The notes: generated by a model from the letters alone, not told the origin. A stretch of 64,000 bases of DNA from Octopus sinensis (GCF_006345805.1 NW_021832828.1:62001-126000), one strand, 5' to 3'; numbered from the stretch's first letter, positions 12,937 through 27,100 are shown. Numbers and translations: made by a program.

Positions 12937-15900
12937 TAGCGATGCATGTCAGCATTGCTCAGGTGTTATGCCCTACAGCCACATTGTATTATTTGTTTCT
13001 TTCTTATGGGCAGAATCGGCACACTAGGAGTGTGAAGCAAACAACTCTTTTTTATAAACATGTTTTTCGGTCATTTTGTGATGAACAATGCTAAAATTGT
13101 TGACACCAAAAACATGCAGAATGACAGCTTAGATTTGAAGGAAATCCTAATATTGCCACCAGAATTATCTAGACTTACGGATTTAAAGAATTGGATGACG
13201 TATGAGGATGTACAGGTATCTGTACTGCAGAAAGTAAGGTACATGGAAAGAAAGCTGCTTCACTGTGAAAAGCATCATCTCTAATGTTTGGGCAGACTGC
13301 ACACTTCAACATATGTTAAGTGAAACCGACAATGTTTCTGGGTAAAGTATGTTTTGCACAAGCCTAGTATTGATAGAATAAATATACAAGTCATCTGCAC
13401 TGCCAACTCGAGAGCATGCGATATATAGTTGTCCATAAGAAAAGCATGGTATTTGTAAATTGAGACCTACAATTTTTAAAATTTGACCCTGGGCTTTGTT
13501 GATTGTCATAGTGAAGCCTAATTACACTGGGAACTGGAGGCGCTTGAATTGAAAAGACACATTTGAGGGAACAAGGGGCATGCGTGGAATGTATGTGATC
13601 TCTCCTCGATGACAGCTGCCAATAATGGTTGCTTTTAGGACACGACTTATTGTAGTTACAGTCAATCATGTACCATTGCTTTGTCGTGGTTGGTCAAAAT
13701 TCCTCGGTGCACCTTTCTTTAGGAAAAAATAATGCGGTGCTAGTCCTGTGGGTTGTAGAGAGTCAAGAAATTCAACTGGATAGTCAACAGTGGCATGTTC
13801 GTCGATGGTAGTATCAATGGAGACAAACATTGAAGCATCTCCAGGTAGAATGTGGAGGAGTTCATGGATTACTTTATGAACGCTTTCATTCTGAGGTGTT
13901 AAAATTGCTCTCTCTGCAAACCATGCTATGTTTTTGAAGTTATCTTGCAATGTGGGAAATACCTTTTCTTTAAGCTCGGCCAGTGTAGACACCATGTGCC
14001 CACACTGCAGTACATGCTGTTGCAGGGTGTTATTCAATGGTAAAACACCATTTCCAATTAGTAGAAGTTGATGAAAGAATTCCTCAGCTAAGGGGTAATT
14101 TTAGAGATAAGTTTGCATATTAATGCTTAATGAAAGCTGATGAACAAACCTCTACAGAGGTGAAAACTTCAGACACACATAGATATCATCAGCTTGCATA
14201 CCCCGTGGTATGACTGGTAATATTTGACAGAAATCCCCTGCAAGGGCAACAGTTAAGCACCCCCCACCATAACGGCAGTACTGTTTCTGATATCCCTTAG
14301 TGACCTATCTTGGGCTTCTAGTGCACCACAGTGTGCCATCATGCATTCATCCCAGGCAAAAAGTGTAGTTTAGAGCAGAACTTCCACCGTCAGTGATTGT
14401 TTTCAAATATTACATATTTGGGCATCGCTGAAGTGAGTTTTCTTGAGCACAAATAGAGGCAGTTTTCTTTTAGGTCCTTGTTTGCAGAGATAAATGAGAA
14501 CATCTTCGTTTTGGTGGCATGGCTGAAAAGAGTGAATGATTAAGGAACATATAAAATTGAAGACATAGTAATTTGAAGTTGTGCATTGTATAATTTGATT
14601 TTCTAGTAACGAATGAAAAGATGTGGGAAAATGCATATGTCAATTTGTATACCGTCATTTTGAAAATAAGCGGTAAACTGTGAATGATTTGGCTATGCTC
14701 TGTCTTGATAAGCGTAATGCATTCTGTTAGATGATGTATAGTGGAGTGGATTACTGGCGTAATGGAAGTTATTGTTTGTCCAGAAGTGAAGTGAGGGTAC
14801 AATTTGCATGAAAGTGATTTATATTCTTAAGAAGGATCACAAACTATGTACTGTTCCATGGAATAAAAAGGGGTTAATCTGATTTTGGTCAGAAATCTTG
14901 TTTTCAAAATTATAATTTCCCCAATCCCTGCTGAAATTTTCTAATTTTCAACTGTTTTTTATGCACGTGGAAAAATACAGAGATTATGAATGTGGGAAAT
15001 ATAATTTGTTTTTGAAAATTTAATTTTTCTGAAAGATATACTGAAAGCCCTTTCCCCCACTTTGGCCACCCATCGGCAACCTGCTTTCAGGCGAAATGCA
15101 AATCTCCTTTATGTAAAACATAGGAATGTGAGTAAATTGAGGAAAGAAATAAGGGGGTGGTGTATGCAAATGTCATCTCAGACATGCTAGAAACAACGGG
15201 TAGAGGACAGGGTATCTGAGATAACTTCTTTGTAAGTTTAAATGGAAGATCAGGTTTTGAAATACGCTCATCACAAACAGGAACAACAGAATAAGAAAAG
15301 GTAATTTCCATAGGATTTGAGCTGTAATTTAGCACACAGCAAAAACATTAACATAATTCATACAGAATGTTAACTCTGTGTGTGTGTGTGAGTGTGTGTG
15401 TATGCGTATGTGTGTGCTAAAGGAAGTTCTTTTTGCATACCTTTCTTAATTCCAAAAGAAGGAAATATAGTGAAGTTGCAATATGTTAACAGTAGAAGGT
15501 CTCCGTACATTATAACGAGAAATTGAAAGAGAAAGATAATGCTTAATTCCACGCACGCGTGAAAATGACCTTAAAATTGTATGACATGACCTCATTTCTG
15601 GGGTTCTTGGCGTCCCCTTCTTTTCCGCTTTCCCCCTCTCTTTGACCATCATCTATAGAACATACAGTATCAATTTTGTGCTGGCTTTCTTGAAACATCA
15701 CCGTCTCTCTCTCTCACCCGTCTTTCAACTTCTATAGAATCTTGTTTTTCTGTCTCTCTTTCTTTCTCTTGTCTCTCCGTCTTCTTCTCATTCTGCATTT
15801 CACTTGGTCATTCCGTAAACATAAGATGTATGTATACGTGTATATGAAATGGATGTGTGTGTTGTGTGTGTGAGACAGAGAGAGTGAATGAGTGAAGCTG

Positions 15901-16162
15901 TGTGTTGTAATGATGGATGTCTTTTAAGGTACACACTCATACAGAAAATGTGACGTCCTCGTCGTTGTATAAAATGCTTACGATAGTTGAGTTATGGAAA
16001 AGATTATGATTTTAAATTTTTGTAATGGAAATATGTCAATGAAAATAAGGTTTAGTTGGTAGCCGAAATAGGACTGATCTTTTGATACCCCATACGTCAA
16101 AATTGGCAACTCAGTTTTGGAATGCATAAGGAACACACTCACAAGCACGCACATATGAACTT

Positions 16163-16170
<8 letters not shown>
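12936..16170 (-). mobile_element. Helitron with a degraded helicase (about 13306-14400)
   Basis: WDEC, AGDF.QILPV, RAILTP, MTINKAQGQ and FSYGQLYIACSRV motifs. 3' CTAG at 12936; the 5' end resembles the 10.5-kb Helitron start (tatataaaagaaag). Confidence 0.75.
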
Positions 16171-16207
<37 letters not shown>

Positions 16208-16339
16208 GTGAAATTATTAAAAGTGACAGAATAAAAGTGAAACAACATAAAAGTGTGTGGTGTTATGAGCCAGGCTGTGTTGGAAGGAAGGATTGGAAGT
16301 GAGAGAGAGGGCATGTCCTGTCGGAAGTGGGGTTGTGGA

Positions 16340-16560
16340 TCCCACTGGAAGTTCTGTGGTGGACATGCAGCATCAGCAAAGTATGAGGGGTGAGGAGATG
16401 CTGATAAAACGCTGTCTGGGAATTCTGGGCAAGCTAGCTGCCAAATTTGACCTGAGGCTGAGTGTAGTTTTTGTGTCCTCAGAGAGGAACAGAGCAGACA
16501 TCCTAACCAGAGTAAAGAAAACGTGGTTGCAGGTGCCAGAGTATCTGGAGCAAGGAGTGA
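16340..16560 (+). pseudogene. RNase H fragment of an LTR/DIRS-type retroelement
   Basis: VVFVSSERNRADILTRV matches the RNase H C-terminal NxxADxLSR motif. Confidence 0.55.
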
Positions 16561-18010
16561 GAACTATGTTAAGGGAATGCAGTCTGTGGAGTGGCCGGCC
16601 ACCTGCATGTTAATTTCACAAGCAGACTGTTCTGTTGATTGGATCAACTGGAACCCTTGTTGCAGTAACTAATGGAGTGCCAGTGTGTGTGTGTGTGTAT
16701 CCTGTCTAGATATCAAGTGATGATTGTAAATAAACATCACCACTATACAAGCAATGTTGTTTGTTTCCTGTCTTCTGTGGTGAAATATTACCTTGTTTGG
16801 AAACAAATGAGGGTTGGTGACTGACAGGAAGGATGTCCGACTGGAGAAAACCTGCCTCAATGAATTCTGTCCAACCAATGCAAGGAAGGAAAAGTTGACA
16901 TTAAAATGATGATGACGTTGATGATGTGAAGGTGGAGGAGGAGGAGGAGGGCACATGTTACCAAGTTATACTTACTCACAAGTGACAGCTGCTTGTACTA
17001 CTTATAATGTAATTTGGTTGTACTTTGTTTTCATCTCCAAATTATACACACATTCAGAAACAACTCTCAAAACATGGCTACCTGGGGTTGTTGGCATAAC
17101 AATATCAGTTGTTGCTTACTTAAATCACTTTTAACAATTTATAAGATAGAATTTAGGCAAACAGCAAAGCTGTAAGTGTGTCGGATAATTTCCTTTCCAA
17201 TAATCTTTCCAGTTCTCTGTGCTTTGAGTTTAAGTGATACTGAAGTTAACTTCCTCTCTCGTCCTTTCAGGTGTCTTATTCCTTATGTCTTTCCCGCCAA
17301 GGTTGACTTTGTCTGTCATAATTCTGAGGTCAATGAAATACAGCACCAGTGTACCGGAGTCAATTTAAGTGACATCAACATCATCATCATCATCATAATC
17401 ATCATTATTTTATGTTTGTTTCCAATGTTGGGATGGTTGGATAGTCAATAGGATCTGATAGGCTGGAAGATCACATTTGGCTTCAACGTCCCATATTTGG
17501 CATGGTTTCTACAGCTGGATGGATGCTCTTCCTAACACTCATCCTGATCACTTTTTAATCAACTATAACTATTGTTAACTACCTGTTAATATTAGTCTCT
17601 TTTTCTTTTAGGTGGCAAGCTGGCAGAATTGTTAGCAGTGGGAAAAATGCTTTGTGGCATTTTGTCTATCTTCACATTGTGTGTTCAGATTCTGCTGAGG
17701 TCACTTTTACCTTTCATCCTTTCAGTACCAGTTGAGCACTGGGATCGATGTACTTGACTTATCCTCTTCCTCAAAATTGCTGGCCTTGTGCCAAAATTTG
17801 AAATCAATATTAGTCTCTTCTTGTGAAATAGCTAAGTTATGGGGATGTTAATAAACTAACACCATCAAAAGCCAAGAGTCAAACTCTAACATACACACAC
17901 ACATACATACATGAAAAGCAAAGTTGACCTCAATTGGATTTGAAATCAGAATATAAAAGGCAGTGAATAACCACTGCAGACACTTGATACTCGAATGATT
18001 CGACTAGTCT

Positions 18011-20662
18011 TATTTCTTTATTCACCATACGGTTATACATATAAAGACAGAACATCACGAATGATTTTACGTGAATATGCGTTGGGGTCTATTAAAAATT
18101 TACAAATGATTATATAATTCGGATGATAGGACATTTTTTACACAAACAATTTCACAGATGGAGTGGGGCGGGCTTACGAACCCTGCCACGACACTAACCT
18201 TAGGTTTTTTTTTCCGGCTTACCTCGCATTCATGAGGGTCCTTTTACTCACAACATTCTTCCATCTTTCATCGAACACTTTCTTACTCAGGCCCCTCCTC
18301 TCTAGTTCTATTTGTCTTTTTAGGTGGAATTTAAAATATTCCACCAGACCAGAACCAGAGATGAAGTTGCCTGCTATCACCCCTTTCATCCTCGTCTTCC
18401 ATACTGCCTGTTTCGCAATTGAAACCACAGAGAGAAAACAATTCTTACCTTCTTTCGTTAAGAAATCCGGTGGGTCAATTTTTACAATGGATTCAGTCGA
18501 TAGCTGTACTCCTCCTCCACTTGACAACAGTTGTTCGGCAAAAACCCACATGTCTGCCACCTCCGAGCACTGCACGACCGCGTGCGAGACGGTTTCCCTG
18601 TCTCGCCCACACCTCGGACAGGTCGGGCTGACTTGGCCACCGTGCCTTGCGAGTTTATCCCGAACAGGTAAGGCTCCTCGGTAACACTGCCAAGCTAAAG
18701 ACTTCTGAAAATTATCCAGGGTCCTCGGCCCAAATGTACGTTGGAACAGACTGGCCAGCTGATTATCGTCGAAACCTAGGGTTTCCCCTAATGTATCATC
18801 GCAACCGGCCTCTACAAACCCTCTATAGAAAACAGCGGTAGAACCACTGCCGTGGGAATTGCCCGAGTGACGGAATAGTCGGAGTGCCTTGCGACACTCC
18901 GTATACCATGTATCCAACTTCGATCTGTGATTATACCAGGCTTCCTGTCCACCAAAACTGGTGAAATTGGGAAACATCTGTTTCGCCAACGGAGACCACA
19001 CCCGTTCACCATCCAGATGGAGCCACAGATGCCTTAACCTCAGCGCATTTCTGCGCATCATTAGCCACGGCATCCCTAGTCCACCCTTTAACGGCTTTTG
19101 ACAACAAACAGAGCGTCTCACAAGTGGTTTCGAGCTCTTCCACAAAAAGTGAAAGAGCTGTCTTTCCAACTTGGTCAACCACGAATCTGGGCAAGGCACG
19201 ACGGTAAGGCGGTAGGTGATCACCGATGCGATGAACACATTGGCTACCTCCGCCCTACCTTTCAGGGATAACCACCGCCAAGACCAGGTCTTGGCTACTG
19301 CAGCCACCCTGCTCGATACCTCGCTCCAGTTCTTCTCTATTTGGAGGTCTGGTCCGAACCAAACCCCGAGCAACTTAATCGAACCCTCCGTCCAACGTCC
19401 CACGACGCTGTCTGAAGGCATCGACTTGCCTCTCCAGGTGCCGAGCTGCAAGCTGACTGACTTTTCGCGATTAACTTTTGCTCCTGTCACTGTCTCGTAA
19501 ACCTCTATGGCCTTGCCTACTTTACGTAGGAGGTCCACTTCAGTCACGATGATAGTGATGTCATCTGCGTACGCCGAAACCGACATTCCACGACCTGGCT
19601 GCCTCGGGATGCCACTCAGTTTTCGCAGCAGCGGCTCAAGAGCCACTACATACAAAAGCGGGGAGAGTGGGCATCCTTGACGAACCGAGCATTTGACTCT
19701 GAACGGCTTAGAAATAAAGCCGTTCACCCGAACTACCGAGTCGACGTTATCGTACATTTCGATGATCCACCTGAGGAAGCCAAGACCCAGGCCGAACTGA
19801 GCCAGAACAGACACCAGGTAATGATGGTCGACCCTATCGAAAGCTTTTGATTGGTCTAAATGGACCACTGCCCCTCCCTTGCCGGGATCGCTATTAATTC
19901 CCTCAATAGTGTATCTAATTAGATGGAGATTATCCTGAATGGACCTGCCAGTACGGCACACGTTTGTGCCTTCCCTATTAGTCCATCCGCGACACGCGCC
20001 AATCTGTTTGATAACACTTTGGCCAAAATCTTCAGCTCTGCGTTAAGCAGAGTGATGGGCCTAAAATTATCAATGACATCCCCCTTGTCCGAGTCCTTCC
20101 TGATTAGTGTCACCACTCCCCGGCGCACAGATCTGGGAATAAACCCATTCTGCTGCCAGTTCGCGTAGATGTTCGCCAGTAAGTCCCCGAACAAGTCCGG
20201 CATACTTTTATAAAGCTCGTAAGGTAGACCATCCAGTCCTGGCGCCTTACCCACGCCGCAGTTAGCCAGGGCCTCTATTACTTCCCCAGGCATGATCGGC
20301 TCCTCACTACACTTCGCGTCCTGCTCCGAGAGGCGCGGCAGCCCGTCGAGGAGGTCCGTTAGGCCCCTCCTCCTATCCGGTCCGCCGCTTCCCCCAAAGA
20401 GCTGGGCGAAGTGGTCCTGAAAAGCCTCACACATCTCCTTGGGCTCGTTTATCAACTTACCTTGTTGGTTCGTCAAAGATCGAATTGTGGCATCGTTGCC
20501 ACGTTGGGCTTCCACCACTCGGGCCCATCTCGCGGCATTAATTCCTTCGCTCCCCATTGCACGTTGTCTAGCCCTGACAATGCAACCCATTTGTTTGGCT
20601 TCGAGGTGCTGGTTCAAAACCAGTCTCTTGACCTTCACCTGGGCTGCCGTGCCAGTTCGCAT
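18011..20662 (-). mobile_element. 5'-truncated Tx1/L1-clade non-LTR retrotransposon (ORF2: RT and C-terminal zinc finger)
   Basis: ORFs 19919-20662 and 18219-19961 are separated by one frameshift. Motifs: PGLDG, FRPITLLN, KAFD, QGCPLSP, YADD and CPRC..H..C. AATAAA near the 3' end. 15-bp TSD tgattcgactagtct at 17996-18010 and 20663-20677. Confidence 0.92.
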
Positions 20663-21189
20663 TGATTCGACTAGTCTATTTCCTGTGTTGTCTTACTGGA
20701 CTTGCAGTTGTTCAAATTTTTAAATTATTTGTCTATTTCTAACTAACAATTTCAAATAAGGGATAATGGTCTATTCTCAGGGTCTTACTAAAATTATATC
20801 TCTTATGAAATAACCAGGGCTAATATGAACAACAACAACAAAAAATTAATGAATAATATCCATCTTTTTTTTCAAAGAAAACATATTATATCAACATCTG
20901 TGTAGAATGCTTATCGTCTGTCTCCTGCTAGATCATCTTACCAGAGCTTTAGCTTCATTCAATGCAGCAGCTGCTTGCTTGTAGAGGCCTTGTGTCAGGT
21001 TCTGCACCAGATGGCTGGACATGATTGGGGAATATCTCTAGAGGCTTGACATCACCTTGGAGGATACAGAGGGGCTGGTACAGGACTACTAGCGACAGAG
21101 AGCAATAGTGGACCTAGTTAGCTCTATGCATGATGATATCTCTAGGACCACTAACCTCAGATGATCCCACCCTCATCAAGTAAGAGCAT

Positions 21190-21635
21190 AAGCGTGTAGC
21201 ATACTAAATGCAAATACGTCATTGAAAGGCAATGTTATGTTCGTCCAGAGATAATGTCACTTATGAACATGCTGTGTTTAAAAACACCATACATATCAAA
21301 AGGCAAAAGCAGTGGCTGGCAGGCTCACCTGATGCATTTCAGCCTAGTTGTGCCTTATCAATGTATTGTATTCATAACAAGCAACATACCTAAGTGACAT
21401 TTGTCACTTAGGTGACAATGGGAAGCATTGGATGAAACATTCAATGGCAGGCAAAAAGCTGCCTGTCATTGATAAAGTCCAACTTGGTCAAAGTTAGCTG
21501 CTGCCATGATTTTCATTTTCCTCCAGTATATATTGTTTTCAAACACAGCACATTCATAAGAGATGTTATCTTTGGATGAATACTGCAGTAATTTGCCTGT
21601 CAACCATGTATATTTATTAAGTATGATACATAGTT
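21190..21635. repeat. Old palindromic MITE-like element
   Basis: Centre cctaagtgaca-tt-tgtcacttagg; the outer arms are diverged but can be aligned. Confidence 0.7.
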
Positions 21636-21974
21636 GCTCGTAACAGTAATGGCTTTAGGTGCAGGCATAGTTGTATAGTTAAGCTCATTTTGCAGCCATG
21701 TAAGTTTAGGTTCAGTTCCACTGTGTGACACCTTTGGCTAGTATCTTCTATTATACCCCTGAGCTGACAAATGTCTTGTTAGTGAATTCAATTGATAGAG
21801 ACAGTGTGGGAACCTGCTATATATATATATATATATATATATCCTCGTCCTTCTGACTGTTTTGGAGTACCTGATTTATGGATTTCTTTCTCTACCTTTA
21901 GATTACATTACTTTTTAATTCATTTGGAGTATGATGACATTTCTGCACCTTTTTGATATATATATATATTATAT

Positions 21975-22636
21975 GGATGAGGACAGCTGTGTGAAGAAGT
22001 GTCACACCCTAACAGTGGAGGGAACCTGTGGAAGAGATAGTTCCAGGAAGATGTGGGATGAGGTGGTGAAGCATGACCTTTGAACATTGGGCCTCACCGA
22101 GGCAATTACAAGCAACTAAGACCTTTTGAGATATGCTATGCTTGAGAAGACCCGGCAAACCAAATGAGATCGTAGCTGTGGCTGATGCCAGTGTTGTATA
22201 ACTGGCTCGTTTAAAAGTATCCTTCAATCACAGGGCAATATGCTGTGCTTGAGAAGACCTGTTGAGTCAAGTGAAATTGTAGTTGTGGCTGATGTCAACG
22301 CTGCCTGACTAGCACCCCTGCCAGTGGCATGTAAAAAGCACAATTCGAGTGTGGCTGATGCCAGTGCCAGTGGTACATAAAACATATCATTTGAGTGTGG
22401 TTGATGCCAGTACCACTTGAGTGGCTCCTGTGCCGGTGGCATGTAAAAAGCACCATTCGAGCATTGTTGATGCCAGTAACACATAAAAAGCACCTACTAC
22501 ACTCTCGGAGTGGTTGGCGTTAGGAAGGGCAGCTGTAGATCAGACTGGAGCCTGGTGCAAACTCCTGGCTTGCCAATCCCCAGTCTAACTGTCCAAACCA
22601 TGCCAGCATGGAAAGTAGATGCTAAATGATGATGAT
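21975..22636 (+). mobile_element. 3' end of the RTE LINE family (end of ORF, 3' UTR and GAT tail)
   Basis: Similar to 52290-53170. Related 3' UTR pieces occur at about 2430-2640, 12547-12890 (minus), 23060-23290 (minus), 27000-27200, 30930-31130 and 61060-61520. Confidence 0.7.
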
Positions 22637-24048
22637 TATATATATATGTGTGTTAAGAAGCTAGACACAGATGTTGCTGGGTAGTAAGAAGCTTACTTTT
22701 CAACTACATGGCTCCAGGGTTCAGTGCCACAGTATGGCACTTTAGGCAAGTGTTTTCTACTATAGCTTTGGGCTCACCAAAGCCTTGAGAGTGGATTTGG
22801 TAGATGAAAACTGAAAGCCCATTGTGTGTGTGTATGTTTGTTCCCCATCCCACAGTGTGACAACCTGTGTTAGTGTGTTTCTGTCCCCATAACTTAGAGA
22901 GGTCGGGCAAAGAGACTGCCAGAATTAGTACCAGGCTTACGGAAAAAACCCCCAAAAAACTATGGGGTTGATTCATTTGACTGAAATTCTTCAAGGCTGT
23001 GCCCCAGCATGGCCGCAGTATCATGACTGAAACAAGATAATATATATATATATCATAACCATCATCAACATTTAACGTCAATTTTCCATGCCGGCATGGG
23101 TTAGACAGCTAGACAGTAACTGGCAAGGTCAGGGGCTGCACCAGGTTCCATTCTGTTTTGGCTTGGTTTCTATGGTTGGATGTCCTTCCTAATGCCAACC
23201 ACTTTATGGAGTGTATCGGGTGCTTTTTACGTGGCATCAGCACCAGTATTTTTTATATGGCACTAACCCCACCAATGTTTTTTTTACGTGGTATCTTGGT
23301 TTCAGGATGTTAATTGTGTTGTGGTGGACGAGTAAAAAATTCGGGAGGGGGGGTTGAAGAGAGAAAAATACATGATAAAACATGCCAAAAAAAATAAACA
23401 GTAAAAGAACTTTAAAAGGAAAAGAGTGAATGGGTAGTGATGAATTTCAGAAGCATGGAATGTTTGAAGGTAGCAAACCACAGCATACATATGTAAACAT
23501 CGTGTCCATAGACCGTAGGGATCTCGGACAATTGTCTAGTGTACTCATATCTTAAGATAGCCGACGGCTCTGCATCTACGCTAAATTGTTACATTAAAAG
23601 TAAAGATATCAGACACGCAAGGTGGTTAATTAAGTTGTGAAAAACGGGAGATGGAAATATAAGCAAGGGAGGTAATGATGGTGAACATTATATTTCAGAC
23701 ATGCGCAATGCTCTGAAATCTAATGTCGGTCAAATCCGTTCTGGACCAGTTATGGCTTTTATATTGTGTTGAACAACGTTGATGTAACTACATTCCTATC
23801 ATTTCACTCGTAAAATACTCACACACGACAATATATGTAAGCTGAGGTAATTAGAAAGAAAAAATACAGCTGTAACAATAATAATAATCCCATCAACTGA
23901 CTGAAAACGTTGGTTGATTTGCTGAAGTTGTTACAAAACAAGGATATTTTTTGTTTGTTTTTTCCTCTTCGGGTTTCTTTCCTGCTTCCATTCAGTCTTG
24001 AGTTTCTTAGTAATGAGACACTGAACTGTTTTTGGCATTGTTAGCAAC

Positions 24049-24152
24049 ATGTGTGCCGAAAGATTAAGTCGTATTTTAGCGAAATGTCAGGCCTGTGTGG
24101 ATGCTAACAACTTCTATGAGGCTCATCAGATGTACCGGACTTTATACTTCAG
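24049..24152 (+). CDS. GET4: GET4 (Golgi-to-ER traffic protein 4 / TRC35), first coding exon
   Basis: Translates MCAERLSRILAKCQACVDANNFYEAHQMYRTLYF-R, which contains the GET4 hallmark YEAHQMYRTLYFR. Ends AG|GTAAG, a phase-2 donor. Confidence 0.93.
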
Positions 24153-27100
24153 GTAAGACACAATTTCCTTAACCTTCGCTTCTTTTTTGTTTCTTTCCTA
24201 AAAAACCCAACAGAAATAAAAATATCAACAACAATAAATTCAATTCGCGTTTTGTCATATTCTAACTAAAAGCAACAACCTTTTCCTTGTCTGAATTAAT
24301 GTTTCTCTCCCAAAGTCTGTCCAACCATTCTTCATTCACTTCAATGTTCAACTGTTTCTATAACTTTACATTAACAAAAATCGTAAGATCGCCAGTTTTA
24401 AAATTGATGTCTAAAATATCCTATTCATGCATTCGTGGCTGTGATCATCACTCAGACATGCCTCTTCTTTATAATAATCTTACATCTTATTTATTCAGAT
24501 CCGTTAATAAGACCAAGTGTCACAGTCTGTCGAATTCTTCTTAAAATTTAGTTTAGGTATAAACGAAAATATTGATATAAAATTTCCGATTCCTTAAATA
24601 TTTTTTTCTGTTTAGTGTTCATTGTAATAATTCAATTGAATTTGGTTAGATAGGTAATTAAAAAAAAAAGTTTAATACTTATAATTTCAGTAACTAATTT
24701 ACGTAGTTATTTAATTTCAACTTTGCACCTCACCACAAACATATTGCTGGAGACATGCTGTACTTTTTAAGCTATTTCCGTGCAACATAACTTTGTAATT
24801 CCACTCTTTTTTTTTTATACACCAACACTTAAGTGCTTGGAATATAGTCTTTACATATTTGCTGTGATATATGTACAGAATAAGAGATCCATTGCTTCTT
24901 TCCAGATTAGATTAATTGTAGGGGTTTGATGAATTTACGTACATTTTATTTTTTACGTTAGCACGATTCCTCTTCATCAAGATAATACAGACTTGTATCT
25001 TCCCTGTTCTATGGCGATATGTTATATCAAAGACTTATAAACTAATGGTTTTCGGAGATTATTCTAGTCGTTGAGAATTTACTTTCTCGTGTATCTTCGA
25101 AACGAACATGTACAGAAACAGTTAGATTCCATATTCTATTAGATTTCTAACTGTATGAATCATTTACTAGTGCCAATATCGCATTACTATCATCACTGCA
25201 CTCGTAACATGGTGTGTGATATGAGGAGGGGGTTTAGCTGTCCTCTTACTTTCTAAAATGTTTGTCTGAAGAATTTGGTTGAGCTTACAAATGCACAAAG
25301 TAGCAGCGTTAACGACATTATGTTACGTTTGTCATTTTGTTTGTATGGGATTGAAACATCTAATATACATAAAGAACACCTTTCGTCTCTCTAATGTTTC
25401 TTTTCATCGAACAACATGTATATTTTACACGTAGATAGATTTGCCAACTCGAACTGCAGGCAGCCATGTCGTCGTCGTGTTAGACTTCCGGGCCGATGGT
25501 TCATTTCCTCTCTCTCTCTCTAAACATTATCCACAATAAAATCGCACCGAGGAGTAGATATAGCTCTCTCTTTTGGAAGTAGCAAGAGCACTGTCTAATT
25601 TATAACAAGTGTTGCATTATCAATTAAAATAGTCATTCTACAGGCAACCGGAAGCCACTCCAGGTCTCCGTTGCCTCAATAATCCACGTTTCCATTGGAT
25701 CCGGATTCTGGTTCTCACTACGCTCGGGCTGTAATGATTAGAAATACTGTCTGTTTTCCCGTTAATCTTATCCCGGCACAATGATCCATGGCTACCATTA
25801 CCACCTGGATTTTTGACACATCTTCCAGGATTGTTGCTAACTGGAAATTCTTGCCGGAGTTTTGGGGTAGCAATCCCTCGGGGTCTCGTGTCTTATGTGA
25901 AAGGAAACAGAATGTATTTTTTTAGAGTATTTCTGTGTTTCTCTTGACTGGAAATTACGATTTCGAACAGAAAAATTTCCAAGAAAAAAAAAAAAAAAAG
26001 AAAATGCTTGCCTTCCACGAGTTACAGCTATTTCGAAACTCAGTCAAATACTTCTTCACTTGGTTTCGGTATATGTGTGGTCTCATTTAGTTTTATAATT
26101 GCTTGTAATATACTGTTTTGAAAGTGATTACTTGATTTAAATACATGCTCCTCTTTATTTTGTAATGAACAAATATATATATATATATATATGCACGTGT
26201 GTGTGTGTGTTTAGTGTGTACTGCTCCAGTACAACTGTCACAATTGGACTGTTTGCCCAATTTCCTCCCCCAAGACAACCCCACTGTTCTTCATCTCTGC
26301 AATTTTTTCGTTGATATCACTAATCTTTCTCACCACTCCGGAACCATTTTACTTGATGTATATTCCTCATCCTTAATACTTTCCTCTCCATTGACATTTT
26401 ACATTGCCCCCCCTCTACGGAATCGCCATAGCGTCTCACCTTCTCTACCACCGTACATAGCATATACTGCAGCTGCCTATCTCCCTTTCTCTCTCTCCCC
26501 TTATCTGTTGTATCTTCATTACTATTCTGCCACTCTTCACTCCCCTGCATCATTGATCTCTCCCCCACTTCTTGTCCCCCATTCACTATATCCCTCTCCC
26601 CATCTTATCCGGTTATCCGGTTTACAATTGTCACCTACACTTCCTTACCTCCCCTACCTATCATCTACTCAACACTTGTTCTTTATTCATCATATGTTCA
26701 CCCCCTCACCTATTCCTGTTCCCCAGCTCTCTTCACCTCTGCCTACCTATATTCTTGCCTTTTCTCATTTTCATTTATACCCCCCCCCCCTTGAGGTCCA
26801 CACAGACACCTCATCACCACTGTTTTTATTTCTTCTCTGCCCCATGTTGATCATGACCCCTCTCTAGCCATAGCCATGTTGTAGCCCCTGGACAACAAGA
26901 AAATTGCCCTGCTCCAGTCCCTTATCGCATACATCACCCCTACCTCATCTCCTAGCATACAGCTGCCTCTTTCAGGGTTTGTAGTCTTGCGAACTACTTA
27001 CTGACCTTACCAGTGCTGGTGGCACAAAAAGAAAAACACCCAGTACACACTAAAGCAGTTGGCATTAGGAAGGGCATCCAGCCATAGAGACTATTCCAGA

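Noticed and set aside
23489-23548. Minus-strand first coding exon MSTLDNCPRSLRSMDTMFTY of a divergent gene
   Set aside because: I recognise no homology and found no in-phase downstream exon; kept only as a weak candidate in the findings.
26020-26100. Possible degenerate hammerhead on minus (CUAAAUGA...CCGAAAC)
   Set aside because: The core and stems are too degenerate to support a call.
26199-26867. 222-aa ORF
   Set aside because: Low-complexity CT-rich sequence with no recognisable domain.
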